A stretch of DNA of 51,599 bases, taken from IMG/VR virus record IMGVR_UViG_3300048079_000024, positions 1 through 51,599 of that record. One strand, 5' to 3'. The notes under the pieces were generated by a model. The model made no database searches and had not been told where the DNA came from. It was given only the letters and a program-made list of their open reading frames with translations. The first letter of the stretch is position 1. Every line of letters begins with the position of its first letter. The translations under genes and the position numbers were made by a program. The DNA comes from a virus. Taxonomy: Duplodnaviria > Caudoviricetes. Shown one piece after another: positions 25,653-35,891 of this stretch.

Positions 25653-28600
25653 ATGCCAGATCCGCATCCGCTCTTCCTGCAACTCCAGAAGATCACCCGC
25701 AGTCCCGAGTTTGCCCAAATCCCCGACCGCGAGAAGGTTGCCTCCGTCAGATCCTTCCTCGCTGCGAATCACGAACAGTTCGGTCAATTCAGTGATATGG
25801 ACCAATCGCTGCTCGCAGCGGACATCTTAAAGCAGGCTGCTCCAGGCATGGCCGAGCGCGTCGGGTCTGCTTTCCCGATACTCAGCAGCAGGGCCATTGC
25901 GGCGTACCGAGGCGAGGCAGTCCCCGGTGCGATGGGCATGGGTCTGGAACGTGGGCAAACATCGGGCGTCGTCGGCGTCGGTGAGGGGATAGCAGGCATC
26001 GAGATCCCTGAGACCGATCAGACCCGCGAACAGATTATCGCTGAACGCCGGAAAGCAATCGCAGAATCCCCCGCGTGGTCTCGTGCGGCTCTCTCAATGG
26101 TAGGCGAGATCACCGAACTCGCTGCCATCTTCGCCGTCGCGGGTCCAGTAGCCGACAAGATCGTGAGCACCGCCATGCGTCCCGTAGCCTCGATGACTGC
26201 CGAGGCATTCTTGAAGGGCTCCGAGACGTTGGCGCGCCAGGCGGCAACCCAAGCCTTCAAGACCCACGTTGCCAAGCGACTGACCACGGACGTACTCGCG
26301 GGCGAGATGTTCGGCATCCTCGATGCGATGGAGACTCAGCAGATCCGCCCGCTCGATCAGTTCATTGTGAACCCGCTGGCGATGGCGTCCCTTGGTGCAG
26401 CATTCATGGGCGCAGGTCGAGCGATGCGTCGATTCGGTCCCCTTCGCATTCAGGAAGCTCAGCAGTTCACACAGATCGATCCCAGCCTCCAGGGTGTCGC
26501 GCGCGAGGGCCAGCGATTCGTGAACCTCCTGGCCGATCGCATGAAGATGCCCCGTGATGAGGCGGGCGAGATGGTCTTCAAGACGATGACGGGCACCGCG
26601 TCTGTTGATGAGATGTACGTCGTCCGCAATTTGCTACAGGCCAACCCTGAGTTCCTGAAAGATGAGTTCGGGCTGCACCTCGTCCGCATGATGAAGCCCG
26701 TGTTGCAGACGAACATTCGCGTTGCTGATGTCTCCCCGTCTATCACTTTCGAGGAGGTTCGCACACGGCGCGAGCAGACGGTGCGCCCCCGCAGCGTGGA
26801 CGTAGCCGAGTTTGAAACGCTGGCTCAACGTGCTCGGAATGGAGAGATCCGTATTCTGAACGCAGAAGGCCCCGAAGAGTTAGTCGGTCGCTTCCGTCCG
26901 ACCGGGCCGACCGCTGAGGCTCCCGTGCCCACCGTTGCACAGGGCACCGAACCCTTCCCGACTGCCGCGAGTGTCGCTGCGGGCCGGACTGAGGGCGCAC
27001 CTGGGCCTCGCCCAATGGAGCCTGAGCCCACGATCCTCGGTCAGCGTCCTGAGCCAGCACTGGCTCCCACAGCCGCCGATGTCGCTCGTCAGAGGGCCGG
27101 GATGCCTCCCACACCGGCCCCCATCGGTCCTGAGCCATCTCCCATCCTTGGACCCTCTGGCGAGCGGCTGTTTCGTGACCGGCTGATCGAGTCGCCCCGT
27201 GCCACCGAGATGTCTCCTGCTGAGAGCATCGAGCGGGTTGTCCTGATGCCCACGGCGTTTGATGTGGCGGCTGCGCGGGCCGATCGGATCACTACGCCCG
27301 CCCTGACGGACCCCACACGCCTACCCCCGAACCCCGAGGGCTTCCTGCTGGATCTAGGCTATAACGTGTCAGCCTTGCAACCCAGCCAAAAGACGCGGTT
27401 TCTCGCCGATGTTGACCGCCTAATGGACATCGAGCTGGCTTACCGAGGCGTCGATTCAACCGGCATGAGCCAGGCCGAGAAGACGAGGCTCATCCAGATT
27501 GTGCCCCGCGAGCCCCCAGGCCCCTCTCCTGGGGCGATCATCCCCGTCACCACCACAGATGCTCCGTCTGGTCCCCTGGTCCCTGGAGGTCAGGCCAAGG
27601 TCATCAGTGTGGGAGATCCCCGAGGGGTGGCCCTGACTAGCCGGGGAAGAACGATCGTCACCCCACCCCGAGCAGACGGCAGCGTGACCATGCCCAAGGA
27701 GCTGCTGGCCGAGGGAGCCCGACCAGGCGCACCCGTGGGGGAGATCCCCCTCGAACTCGTCAGCAAGCTCCGCCAGGGTTCAGAGGTCGTCACGATCCCG
27801 CGTACTCGACCTGGAGATCCTGAGCGTCGGCTCATCACGAATCCCACACCCGAGAGCGACACCCTCACTGTGACCGATCAGGTGACAGGCGAATCTTTCA
27901 CCGTGACGATGGATCACATGGTAGATCTCCTGCGCTCGGGTCAGATTGCCCCGTGGCGTCCGGGCATTTCATTCTCGACCAGCGAGCAGCTTGTCGGGGA
28001 TGCCCGCACGATCAATCAGACGATGCGGGGCATGAAGAAGTCTGACCCCGCACAATTCCGCGAGCTGGACAATCGCCTGTCTGCGATCATCACCGAGTTG
28101 CAGCGTCGCTCGGGTCGCCTCGGAGATCCCATCCCTACAACCGAGAAGAAAGTCAGCTCGATGTTGAAGATTCTGTCTGAGCAGCGGGGCGCGGTGAACT
28201 TTGGCACGCAGGGCGAACCCCTGCCCACTCGCTTGACCCGACTCCCCAAGGATAGCCTCGTGGGGTCTGAGGCAGGCGTGATCGGCGGCACGGCATCTAT
28301 GGCCGAAGATGGCCGCATCGTCGTGAAGATCCCGTTCGGGGGTGATCGAGGCACGATGACCGTGGTGTATGCCAACGAAGCTGCCGCCGACATGGGCCTG
28401 CGGGACATCATGGCGCAGCAGCTAGAACACACCCGCCTGACCGAGATCGCCGAGCGTGCGGCCACCACGCGACGGCTGACGCCCCCCTCATCGAACCCGC
28501 CCCCGAGCGTGCTTGATCCCACGGGCGAACTTGATCGTGTCATCCACGGGGAGAACGCCGCTCCCATGAACAGCCCTGCCTGGTTTGCCAACGGCAAAGA

Positions 28601-30452
28601 GTTTCCCCTGGAGAAGTTCATCCTGCCTGCGGAGTCAAAGCTGATCCGCCTCGGCGAAGAGGGCCGCAAGCTCCGAGACTTGCTCGTGCAGACCCGTGAT
28701 ATGTGGGAGATGTCCACGGGCCGGGATGTCGTCGCTACCGAGCGCACCCTTGCTCGATTGAACAAAGCTGACATCTTGCCTGGACCCAAGGGTGAGAAGA
28801 GTCTGTTCTACCGTATGATTGAGGACGGCGAAGCAGGCCCCGCAGAGGTCCACGGCGCGTACCGTGAGCTGCGGGCCATCCTCGATCGTCAGTACGAGTC
28901 AGGCCGCATGCTGCTTCCCGACCTCGCCCCCTTCGAGGCGAACTACATGCCCCACCGTTTCGAGTGGGAGAAGATCACGAACGTCCGCTCGCGGGAGTTT
29001 GGGCGATTCGTGCAGGGGCTCATGGACAGCCAGAGCATCTCGAAGGGAGAAGCAGAGAATCTTGCTGCCCGCATCCTAGAGAAGCGTCGGGGTGCGCGCA
29101 TTAGTGGGTCACTGGAGAAGGACCGAATCAATCTACCCGGCTACATCACGGACACCCGGCGCGCGATGGTGGCGACGATCAGTATGAACAATCGCCGACT
29201 CGCGGAGGCTCAGGTACTCGGGCCGAACTATGAGCGTGCCCTCGATGCCATCAGCAAGATCCGCAATCAGTACGGAGACTACGCAGGGGACTACGCGAAA
29301 TCCATCTTCGAGCTGGAGACAGGACTGCGCCAGCCACAGATGTCCTCGATCACCCGTGGGCTCATCAAGTGGCAGGCGGCGAAGCTCTCTCTCTCGGTGA
29401 TGGCGAATGCTACCCAGCCTGCGAACACCCTCATGCGGACGAACCTCTCCGCTTTCTCTCGCGCACTGTTTGACGTAGTGAAGAATCCAAAGCGTGCTGC
29501 CGAGGAGGCGCGTGGCGTTGGTGCGGTCGCCTACGACCTACTCTCGGAACTGATGGGAGAAGGAATCCGCGTCCCTTACGAGGGGACCGCAGCGACCGTG
29601 TTCGGGAAGGGGAAAGCTGCCATCGAGCAGATGTCCACGTCATTGTTCAACCTCGTCGAGACGTACTCGAATCGTTCCATTTCTGTGAAGGCAGGTCAGT
29701 ATTACTTCGATCAGCAAGTGGCTGCGCTCAAGCTGAATCCCACGCATGCTCGGACGATCGCCCGCCTGCGTGAGATGGGCTTCTCGAAGGATACTGTATT
29801 GAAGGCTGCCGAGGGTGATCTGAATGTGATGCGGGATCTCGCCGGGAAGCGGATCTCCGACTCGACCCAGTTCCGGGGCACCCCGTTGAAGATGCCTCTG
29901 TTCGCCAGCGAATCCGAGTTCGGGCGTCTCGCATACCAATTCAAAACTTTCGCCGTCAACCAAGCTCGGTTCGTCATCAACGAGCTGACGGCGTACAAGC
30001 GGGGGGATTTGCCACGGACGCTGCGTGCCCTCGCGGTCCTGACGACGGTGTACCCGACTGCGGGCATCGGCATCAACCGTGCGCGCAAGTTCCTCATGGG
30101 GCCAACTATTGCCTCAGACGCCATCGACCAAGCGTTTGAAGACCCCACCTTCCGTAACTGGCTCATCGCGGGCACCTACGCGCTCACCATGTCCGGCGCA
30201 CTCGGGATCACTGCTGACATCGCGGCAACTGCGGCCAGCGGCAATGAGTTTGCCCTGCGGCAGTTCGCTATTCCACCTGCGGCGAGTACCATGTTGAACA
30301 TGGCGAGCATTGCTGGCTCTGTGGTCCGTGGCACCCTGAATCAAGATCCCGAAGACTTCGAGAAAGCCTCACGCACATTCGCCCGCGAGTTCGGTGGACT
30401 CGGGCTCACCGCCAGCAAGGCAGTGTTCGGGGAGGCAGGTCTCGGCGAGTAG
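25653..30452 (+). CDS. Large internal virion/ejection protein
   Basis: 1599 aa, last late gene; NYMPHRF, QFKTF motifs; hydrophobic C-terminal segments; Pro-rich centre. Confidence 0.7.
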   Translation: MPDPHPLFLQLQKITRSPEFAQIPDREKVASVRSFLAANHEQFGQFSDMDQSLLAADILKQAAPGMAERVGSAFPILSSRAIAAYRGEAVPGAMGMGLERGQTSGVVGVGEGIAGIEIPETDQTREQIIAERRKAIAESPAWSRAALSMVGEITELAAIFAVAGPVADKIVSTAMRPVASMTAEAFLKGSETLARQAATQAFKTHVAKRLTTDVLAGEMFGILDAMETQQIRPLDQFIVNPLAMASLGAAFMGAGRAMRRFGPLRIQEAQQFTQIDPSLQGVAREGQRFVNLLADRMKMPRDEAGEMVFKTMTGTASVDEMYVVRNLLQANPEFLKDEFGLHLVRMMKPVLQTNIRVADVSPSITFEEVRTRREQTVRPRSVDVAEFETLAQRARNGEIRILNAEGPEELVGRFRPTGPTAEAPVPTVAQGTEPFPTAASVAAGRTEGAPGPRPMEPEPTILGQRPEPALAPTAADVARQRAGMPPTPAPIGPEPSPILGPSGERLFRDRLIESPRATEMSPAESIERVVLMPTAFDVAAARADRITTPALTDPTRLPPNPEGFLLDLGYNVSALQPSQKTRFLADVDRLMDIELAYRGVDSTGMSQAEKTRLIQIVPREPPGPSPGAIIPVTTTDAPSGPLVPGGQAKVISVGDPRGVALTSRGRTIVTPPRADGSVTMPKELLAEGARPGAPVGEIPLELVSKLRQGSEVVTIPRTRPGDPERRLITNPTPESDTLTVTDQVTGESFTVTMDHMVDLLRSGQIAPWRPGISFSTSEQLVGDARTINQTMRGMKKSDPAQFRELDNRLSAIITELQRRSGRLGDPIPTTEKKVSSMLKILSEQRGAVNFGTQGEPLPTRLTRLPKDSLVGSEAGVIGGTASMAEDGRIVVKIPFGGDRGTMTVVYANEAAADMGLRDIMAQQLEHTRLTEIAERAATTRRLTPPSSNPPPSVLDPTGELDRVIHGENAAPMNSPAWFANGKEFPLEKFILPAESKLIRLGEEGRKLRDLLVQTRDMWEMSTGRDVVATERTLARLNKADILPGPKGEKSLFYRMIEDGEAGPAEVHGAYRELRAILDRQYESGRMLLPDLAPFEANYMPHRFEWEKITNVRSREFGRFVQGLMDSQSISKGEAENLAARILEKRRGARISGSLEKDRINLPGYITDTRRAMVATISMNNRRLAEAQVLGPNYERALDAISKIRNQYGDYAGDYAKSIFELETGLRQPQMSSITRGLIKWQAAKLSLSVMANATQPANTLMRTNLSAFSRALFDVVKNPKRAAEEARGVGAVAYDLLSELMGEGIRVPYEGTAATVFGKGKAAIEQMSTSLFNLVETYSNRSISVKAGQYYFDQQVAALKLNPTHARTIARLREMGFSKDTVLKAAEGDLNVMRDLAGKRISDSTQFRGTPLKMPLFASESEFGRLAYQFKTFAVNQARFVINELTAYKRGDLPRTLRALAVLTTVYPTAGIGINRARKFLMGPTIASDAIDQAFEDPTFRNWLIAGTYALTMSGALGITADIAATAASGNEFALRQFAIPPAASTMLNMASIAGSVVRGTLNQDPEDFEKASRTFAREFGGLGLTASKAVFGEAGLGE

Positions 30453-30614
30453 TCACTGTTTTCTTTCCTTCCATGCCTTCACCAAATCTAAGATACTGTC
30501 TATCCTCCTCAAGATTGCGTCCTGAAATGGCCCAGGTTGGAGTCCCCCAGCTACGCCGAGAAGCTGATCTATATATTCCTTAATCCACTCTAAGGAAATG
30601 GTGCTCTCTACCAC
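30453..30614 (-). CDS. Small hypothetical protein
   Basis: C-terminal part of the 219-aa track ORF; GTG start overlapping the previous stop. Confidence 0.5.
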   Translation of the reverse strand: MVESTISLEWIKEYIDQLLGVAGGLQPGPFQDAILRRIDSILDLVKAWKERKQ

Positions 30615-30793
30615 GTAGACCACCCTGCCATGTTCGCTTTCAGGAAGCAGCCTGTCTTCACCAGGCCATCCGACACCGCCGTGTACGTGAAGATGAGCAT
30701 GGTTTCGTTGTCCACGGTAATGTGGACGCTCCTGAATGTGTACGTCTCCCCCATCTGTGTGAAGATGCACAATCCCATTGCTAGCCCCATCAC
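30608..30793 (-). CDS. Small hypothetical protein
   Basis: GGAGGAG RBS; GTGA overlap. Confidence 0.65.
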   Translation of the reverse strand: MMGLAMGLCIFTQMGETYTFRSVHITVDNETMLIFTYTAVSDGLVKTGCFLKANMAGWSTW

Positions 30794-31977
30794 TTCTGCT
30801 CCTCCTCCACCTCCACCTTCCTGACCCCACGCCAGGCGTACAGTGTTCCCCCTCGTCCCGTCTCCGTCGTGCTCCGCATGATTTGCTTCCCTTGCAGAAG
30901 CGTATTGATGGCCGACCGCACTTGATCCGCTGTTGCCCCCGTGGTCCGCAGCAAATGTGAATGCGTGATCCGCCCGTGCCGCTTGATGAGATCCGCGATC
31001 TTGTACGCCATCTCATTGTCCGGGGTGATCTTCGCGGCTTGCATGACCCGTGGTAGGTTTCGGGAGGCATCCGCTGCGAGCTTCTGTCCTGCGGCAATAT
31101 GGTGCTTGTCAATCACGAGTGAGCTGTTGTCCGCGAGGGACGCCACCATCGCAAACTTCAGCAGCATGTCGTGTTCCCGGCTCCAGGTGGCCTCCATCTG
31201 TGGGCTGTCTGGCTTCGGGCGTTGCATGTACCAGTAGTGCTCTCGCTCGATCGCCTGCGCTGTCTTCTGGAATTGCCCTTTCAGCATGGTGATCTCATGC
31301 AGCCGGGCGACGAGATGCTCGGACACCTCCTCCACATCAGGCGGGTACGTGATCTCGGGCACCCGCTTTTCGTAGTCGCGTGTAGCATGAATGACAGAGA
31401 TCCGGGCGAACGCGCCCCCATGCACCTCATCAGGTCTTACTGAGTGCATCAGCCAATCTAACGTGGAGCCTGCGATCCAGTTCAAGCACGGACTCTTCAC
31501 CACCACGTGCCCGGATGTCACCGTACCCTCGTGTATATCCCCGTAGTCCTCGCCCTCCCACAGTTTCGTCATGGTCTTCATAAAAGCCTGAGCGACATCA
31601 CCGCTCCCTACATCAGCGGATAGTTCAGGATTGACGAGGTACATTACTCGCCGCTCTTTCTTGCTCAAGTATCGGGTGAGATGCTGCCCCGTGGTCTTGC
31701 CCACGTACCGATGCACGAGGGGCACCCGCTCGATGAGCCGGAGCGCGGTCTTGATCGCCTGCCCCTTGCCCGAGCCTGAAGCCCCAACGAGGATCGTATA
31801 CATGTTCGGGAAGATCCGGGCGGTACGAAACTTCTGCGTCCACACGCGGTCCCCGGCACACGCGGCGATCATCGAGATGCAGGACCAGAGGTAATACTCG
31901 TCTGGTACTTCGCTCTCGCCGACGTGGTGCATGAATAGAGATATAAGGTTGCCCGTCTCCTCAAGCGCACTTTTCAT
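30790..31977 (-). CDS. DUF3987-like P-loop ATPase (putative replicative helicase) with C-terminal wHTH
   Basis: ESEVP..Y.LW, PNMYTILVGASGSGKG, P.LN.IAGST..W, GG..AR motifs. Confidence 0.75.
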   Translation of the reverse strand: MKSALEETGNLISLFMHHVGESEVPDEYYLWSCISMIAACAGDRVWTQKFRTARIFPNMYTILVGASGSGKGQAIKTALRLIERVPLVHRYVGKTTGQHLTRYLSKKERRVMYLVNPELSADVGSGDVAQAFMKTMTKLWEGEDYGDIHEGTVTSGHVVVKSPCLNWIAGSTLDWLMHSVRPDEVHGGAFARISVIHATRDYEKRVPEITYPPDVEEVSEHLVARLHEITMLKGQFQKTAQAIEREHYWYMQRPKPDSPQMEATWSREHDMLLKFAMVASLADNSSLVIDKHHIAAGQKLAADASRNLPRVMQAAKITPDNEMAYKIADLIKRHGRITHSHLLRTTGATADQVRSAINTLLQGKQIMRSTTETGRGGTLYAWRGVRKVEVEEEQK

Positions 31978-32140
31978 CGGGTCGCTTCGTCTTGAAGGGG
32001 ACACCGAGGGCGACCATCAATTTACACCTGTGGTGGAGAATGCTCCTTACGTCTTGGTGGCAGTATGAGCAGTGATGTAGTCTGTCCTCACAATACTGCC
32101 TATGATTCTTTTTGAAGGTCCAGCAGGGAGAACGCGGCAT
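31961..32140 (-). CDS. 59-aa Cys/His-rich protein
   Basis: AAGGAG RBS; MPRSPCWTFKKNHRQYCEDRLHHCSYCHQD...; fills the gap. Confidence 0.5.
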   Translation of the reverse strand: MPRSPCWTFKKNHRQYCEDRLHHCSYCHQDVRSILHHRCKLMVALGVPFKTKRPDEKCA

Positions 32141-34592
32141 CCGTGAACTCCTTTCTGTTGGGCAACCGCTTGTATTCCAGCTCAGCCTTCCACATGGAGC
32201 CCAGCGAGAACTCAGTCCAGATCGTCACTGGCTCACCGTAGTAATAGATTGGCTGCTCCAAGCTGGACTGCAAGAACACGGCGATGTCCCAGGCATGCTC
32301 GGGTGGCGTGGAGATCCAGAGCCCGTCCTGCATGTGCAGGTTGATCGCAGGCTTGATCCCCGCGTGCGAGTGTGCGTGGCAGCAAGGTTTCAGTAGATAC
32401 TCGTCGGCGGGAATGAACCCCCACAGGTTCATCAGGATGGCAATGTCCGACTGCGGCCTCCAGGCATACGCGCGCCGGTACAGGTCATCGTCCAGCCGCT
32501 CGTACTCGAAATCGATGATCGCGCCCCAAATGTTCGAGAGGCATCGATTCCGCATCACCTCCGATCGGGTCTCCTTGTGGTAGACCTCCTTGATCTCCGG
32601 GGAATCTGCGTGCAGCTTGTCAATGATCCGTTGTGCCTCCTCGGAGGGGATGACGTAGCCTTCCTTCAACAGTTCATCGGAGAGCCGCCGCCCGTGCATG
32701 TCATAGTTCGTGGCATGCTTCGCTCGTTTGCCCAGGTATCGCTGATCGTAGTCCACCTCATCGATCGGTGTCCCGAACGCCACGTGCGCCGAGTGCTTGT
32801 GCGCGTCCCACTCATCCGGGTGCAGTCGCGCGAGATTGATGAGCCGCTTTGACCGTGTGAGCATCTTCACCACGCGATCTTCTGCCTGGCTCAGATCCAC
32901 ACCCAGGAAGACGCACCCCGGATCTGGCTTCACGATGTCTCGGAGTTCGCGGTCGAAGTTGTGGGGGCTAGCTCCTCGCTTGGCGGGGTTCTTCGAGGCC
33001 CGCATACGACACGTCTCAGCATACGGCCCCATTGTGAAACGCCAGCGGCCATCCGGGTCCAGACGCTCTTCCTTGAGGAAGCGGGCCACGGTGGCTGTTC
33101 GCCTATGGTCCAGGATAAGTGCTCCAGCCTCCGCAAGTTGGGGCTTGTTTGGATAGCGAAGTAGCAATCGTCGGACAGCAACCTCGTTGGTAGTGGCTCG
33201 TCCCGTCTTTCGATTGAGTATAGGGGGAAGCCGAAGCGTAGTGTAGAGGAAATGCTTGAGCTTTTTCGTGGAGAGATCCGTCTTCCCGTAGAGCGGTTCG
33301 CCTGCGATTTCCGTGAGCCGATCTTGCGCGTTGATGACCCGCGCCTGGAGCGCCGCGAGCTTGTGCCGTCTCTGATGGTCATCGAGACCCACGCCATGCA
33401 GCATGATTCGCAGAATTGGAGCGAACAGTTGTCGATAATATCGGTTGTAAAACTCCATCCGTCCGGCAGCAGCGAGCCGCACGTGCAGCGTGTCGCTAAG
33501 TTCTCGCTCGACGGCGGCATCAATACCACAGTAGGTCCAAAGGGCTTCCTCGTCTGAGGCATACTTCATCACCTCCTCGGGATCTTTCGTCTCATCCTTC
33601 CAGTATGGTTGCCGCGTGAAGATGCTCGCCATGTACGCCAGATCGTGATTATCCACGGGATCGAGGCAGTGATGTTGTGCGAGGCAATCCCACACGAAGT
33701 TGGTGATCTCACACCCGTTACGCGAGAGGTGCCAGGCGTCATAGAGCCAGTTCTGTCCGATCTTCTCCAGGCCACTCGCCATCAGTGTGCGGATCGCATC
33801 CCACACGTGGCGCAGTACGTAATCATCTTTCCAGTATGAAGGCGTCGTCGGGACGGTCATGCTGAACGCGGGGTCGTTAGAGAAGCCAACGCAGAGGATG
33901 AAGTCAGGGAGGTTCTCGATGTCTACAGCGATGGGTTCGCCGAGCTTGATCGCGCCATGCACGTAATCGTACACATCATCGAGTGTGGGCCGGATGAAGT
34001 GCTCACGCTGGGGCAGGCGTAGCTCCCGAAACGTGGCGTCGTCTGCAATCCGTGTCCAGTCGAGGATGCACGCCCGCTCCCAATTCCGCTGCTCGACCAC
34101 GCCCTCGTCGCGTTTGCGAGACGCGCGCCACAATGTGTGCGCCGGATGGATGGTGGGGATGACCTTGATCTCGCGTCCACGTCTGTCTGTGTAACTGTAG
34201 ATCGAGCCCCGATGCGAGGTGATCCCAGGCTTCTTTTCGCCCTGCCGAAACTTCCCTTGACCCGTGAGTGCGTATAGCGCCTTGTTGCCAGTCGGAACGA
34301 TGAGCCACGGATCTGTCAAGGCAGCCAGGCGATCGTGCAGCTCGTTGATCCAGTGCTCGATCTCATCCTTCGGGACAGCATCGATCCCTTGACGCGGCCA
34401 GTATGGATAGACATTCGTGATGTAGAAGTTGCTGCGAAGGAGCCCGACACGCGGCCACCAATTCTGTTCGAGTTTCTGGCCGCTCGGGCCGACGAATGGG
34501 CGCAGGAGTTGATTCTCCCAGCGACCGGGGGCTTCCCCGACGAGGACGATCCGGGCGTTCGGGCTGCCCTCATCAGGGACGAAGTTTGTCAT
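32100..34592 (-). CDS. Uracil-DNA glycosylase (family 4-like) / 3'-5' exonuclease / family A DNA polymerase fusion
   Basis: LVGEAPG, PFVGPSG, YITNV, TIHPA (UDG); VDIE, QNWLYD, YCGID (Exo I-III); DLSQAEDR (motif A), R..GK...HATNY (motif B), MQDG (motif C). Confidence 0.92.
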   Translation of the reverse strand: MTNFVPDEGSPNARIVLVGEAPGRWENQLLRPFVGPSGQKLEQNWWPRVGLLRSNFYITNVYPYWPRQGIDAVPKDEIEHWINELHDRLAALTDPWLIVPTGNKALYALTGQGKFRQGEKKPGITSHRGSIYSYTDRRGREIKVIPTIHPAHTLWRASRKRDEGVVEQRNWERACILDWTRIADDATFRELRLPQREHFIRPTLDDVYDYVHGAIKLGEPIAVDIENLPDFILCVGFSNDPAFSMTVPTTPSYWKDDYVLRHVWDAIRTLMASGLEKIGQNWLYDAWHLSRNGCEITNFVWDCLAQHHCLDPVDNHDLAYMASIFTRQPYWKDETKDPEEVMKYASDEEALWTYCGIDAAVERELSDTLHVRLAAAGRMEFYNRYYRQLFAPILRIMLHGVGLDDHQRRHKLAALQARVINAQDRLTEIAGEPLYGKTDLSTKKLKHFLYTTLRLPPILNRKTGRATTNEVAVRRLLLRYPNKPQLAEAGALILDHRRTATVARFLKEERLDPDGRWRFTMGPYAETCRMRASKNPAKRGASPHNFDRELRDIVKPDPGCVFLGVDLSQAEDRVVKMLTRSKRLINLARLHPDEWDAHKHSAHVAFGTPIDEVDYDQRYLGKRAKHATNYDMHGRRLSDELLKEGYVIPSEEAQRIIDKLHADSPEIKEVYHKETRSEVMRNRCLSNIWGAIIDFEYERLDDDLYRRAYAWRPQSDIAILMNLWGFIPADEYLLKPCCHAHSHAGIKPAINLHMQDGLWISTPPEHAWDIAVFLQSSLEQPIYYYGEPVTIWTEFSLGSMWKAELEYKRLPNRKEFTDAAFSLLDLQKES

Positions 34593-34815
34593 CTCGATGC
34601 GCGAGTTCGTACTTCGTCAGAATGTAAATGATGCCTTCGCGTACCATCTCGCCGATCGACCTTCCTTGTTTCCGGGCGAGTGATTTCAGCTCTGTATGAA
34701 TGCTCGGGGTTATTCGTATATTCAAGTCGTGTGTTCTGCCTTCTGTTTCCATCCCAGCCCCCATCGTAGTTCGGGCGGAAAGCACACAAAGCACGCGAAT
34801 GGTTCGCTCGGCCAC
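34573..34815 (-). CDS. Ribbon-helix-helix DNA-binding protein (start uncertain)
   Basis: LNIRITPSIHTELKSLARKQGRSIGEMVREGI. Confidence 0.75.
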   Translation of the reverse strand: MAERTIRVLCVLSARTTMGAGMETEGRTHDLNIRITPSIHTELKSLARKQGRSIGEMVREGIIYILTKYELAHRDDKLRP

Positions 34816-34869
34816 ATCATGCTATGTCCATTTATACAGGTCCATTCGTACCATAGTACTGCCACCCCA

Positions 34870-35112
34870 TCACCCTCCCTCCATAATCTCCAATACCTGC
34901 TTGACCATCGTGCGCCAGCCCCCTGGTCTTCCTGGGCGATGGAACATGGGAGACTTTCGCGTGATGCAGAGCAGATCGTAGGCCCGCTGCAAACGATCTT
35001 TCAGGATTGCTAGACCAAGATCATCGAATCGTCCAACAGTGGTCTTCTGAATAGTACGAGACGAATCGTCAGTTGCTCTCCCATCTCGTGGTGGTGTGCG
35101 GAGTCCGGTCAT
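34870..35112 (-). CDS. Hypothetical protein
   Basis: GGAGG RBS; tiling. Confidence 0.55.
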   Translation of the reverse strand: MTGLRTPPRDGRATDDSSRTIQKTTVGRFDDLGLAILKDRLQRAYDLLCITRKSPMFHRPGRPGGWRTMVKQVLEIMEGG

Positions 35113-35113
35113 C

Positions 35114-35407
35114 TTATCCCCCTCCCTGACGGGCGCGGATGGCGGCGGCTATTGAGATTGGACAATATGTTAAGCCGATGCATTTGTTGTCTTCTTTGGT
35201 TAAAAGATAGCAATAACAACCCAACTGCTCGATCTTGGCCGCCTCCTCCATCACGGCGGCGGTGATGGCTTCTTCGTGCTCCTGCTTCACTCTAAGGAAC
35301 TCAATATCTGTCAGCACCTTTCGTGCCTTGAGGGCGTCGATGACGGCTTGGCATTGAGCGCAGCAGAAATCGCAATCTATTCCATGCGTACCAGTTTTAA
35401 GCATCAT
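35114..35407 (-). CDS. Cys-containing hypothetical protein
   Basis: ATGA overlap; MEEAAK...IAAAIRA motif common in small phage proteins. Confidence 0.65.
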   Translation of the reverse strand: MMLKTGTHGIDCDFCCAQCQAVIDALKARKVLTDIEFLRVKQEHEEAITAAVMEEAAKIEQLGCYCYLLTKEDNKCIGLTYCPISIAAAIRARQGGG

Positions 35408-35667
35408 CTCCCCTCCACAGCCTTGCGGGCGGCGGCGAAGGCGTGATCCCACGGAGCAGGGCCAGCCCACCACGGACCTTGTTCGTGTGGCTCCTCCATC
35501 AACTGAATAAATCTCTCCCACTGCTCAGGTGGTGATTGTCGCGCCATCGCATCCACGACGAGGCCGATGCCGTGCCAGGATTGCAACTGGCCTTGCGATA
35601 CAAACCCCTCAGTATAGGGCCACCTCAACAACTCCTCGGCCACCCACTTGAGCAACGTGTCAGTCAT
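35404..35667 (-). CDS. Hypothetical protein
   Basis: ATGA overlaps. Confidence 0.65.
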   Translation of the reverse strand: MTDTLLKWVAEELLRWPYTEGFVSQGQLQSWHGIGLVVDAMARQSPPEQWERFIQLMEEPHEQGPWWAGPAPWDHAFAAARKAVEGR

Positions 35668-35891
35668 AGGCGATGGGCTCCTTGCGGCTTTTGGGGCGGC
35701 TTACCAGTGAACCTAACGGCGATCCGAAAAGTGGATCTGTTATCTTCGGGCCATTTTTGCAACTCGACTGGTCCGATCACGACGACCTTGCCCCCATTAG
35801 CTAATATGTAAGCATTGGCGGCTTCGAGGAGACCGTCCAGTTCATTGCCTTGGCCTATCCACACTGCTTTAGCCAACCTTCGCTTTGCCAT
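35664..35891 (-). CDS. Hypothetical protein
   Basis: TGATG-coupled start MAKRR. Confidence 0.6.
   Translation of the reverse strand: MAKRRLAKAVWIGQGNELDGLLEAANAYILANGGKVVVIGPVELQKWPEDNRSTFRIAVRFTGKPPQKPQGAHRL

Noticed and set aside
26900-27800. Intein or mobile insertion in the 1599-aa protein
   Set aside because: The Pro-rich segment lacks intein splice motifs and endonuclease signatures; more likely a disordered linker.
30615-31112. N-terminal part of the 219-aa ORF 30453-31112
   Set aside because: Overlaps two better-supported same-strand genes; only the last 53 codons are retained.
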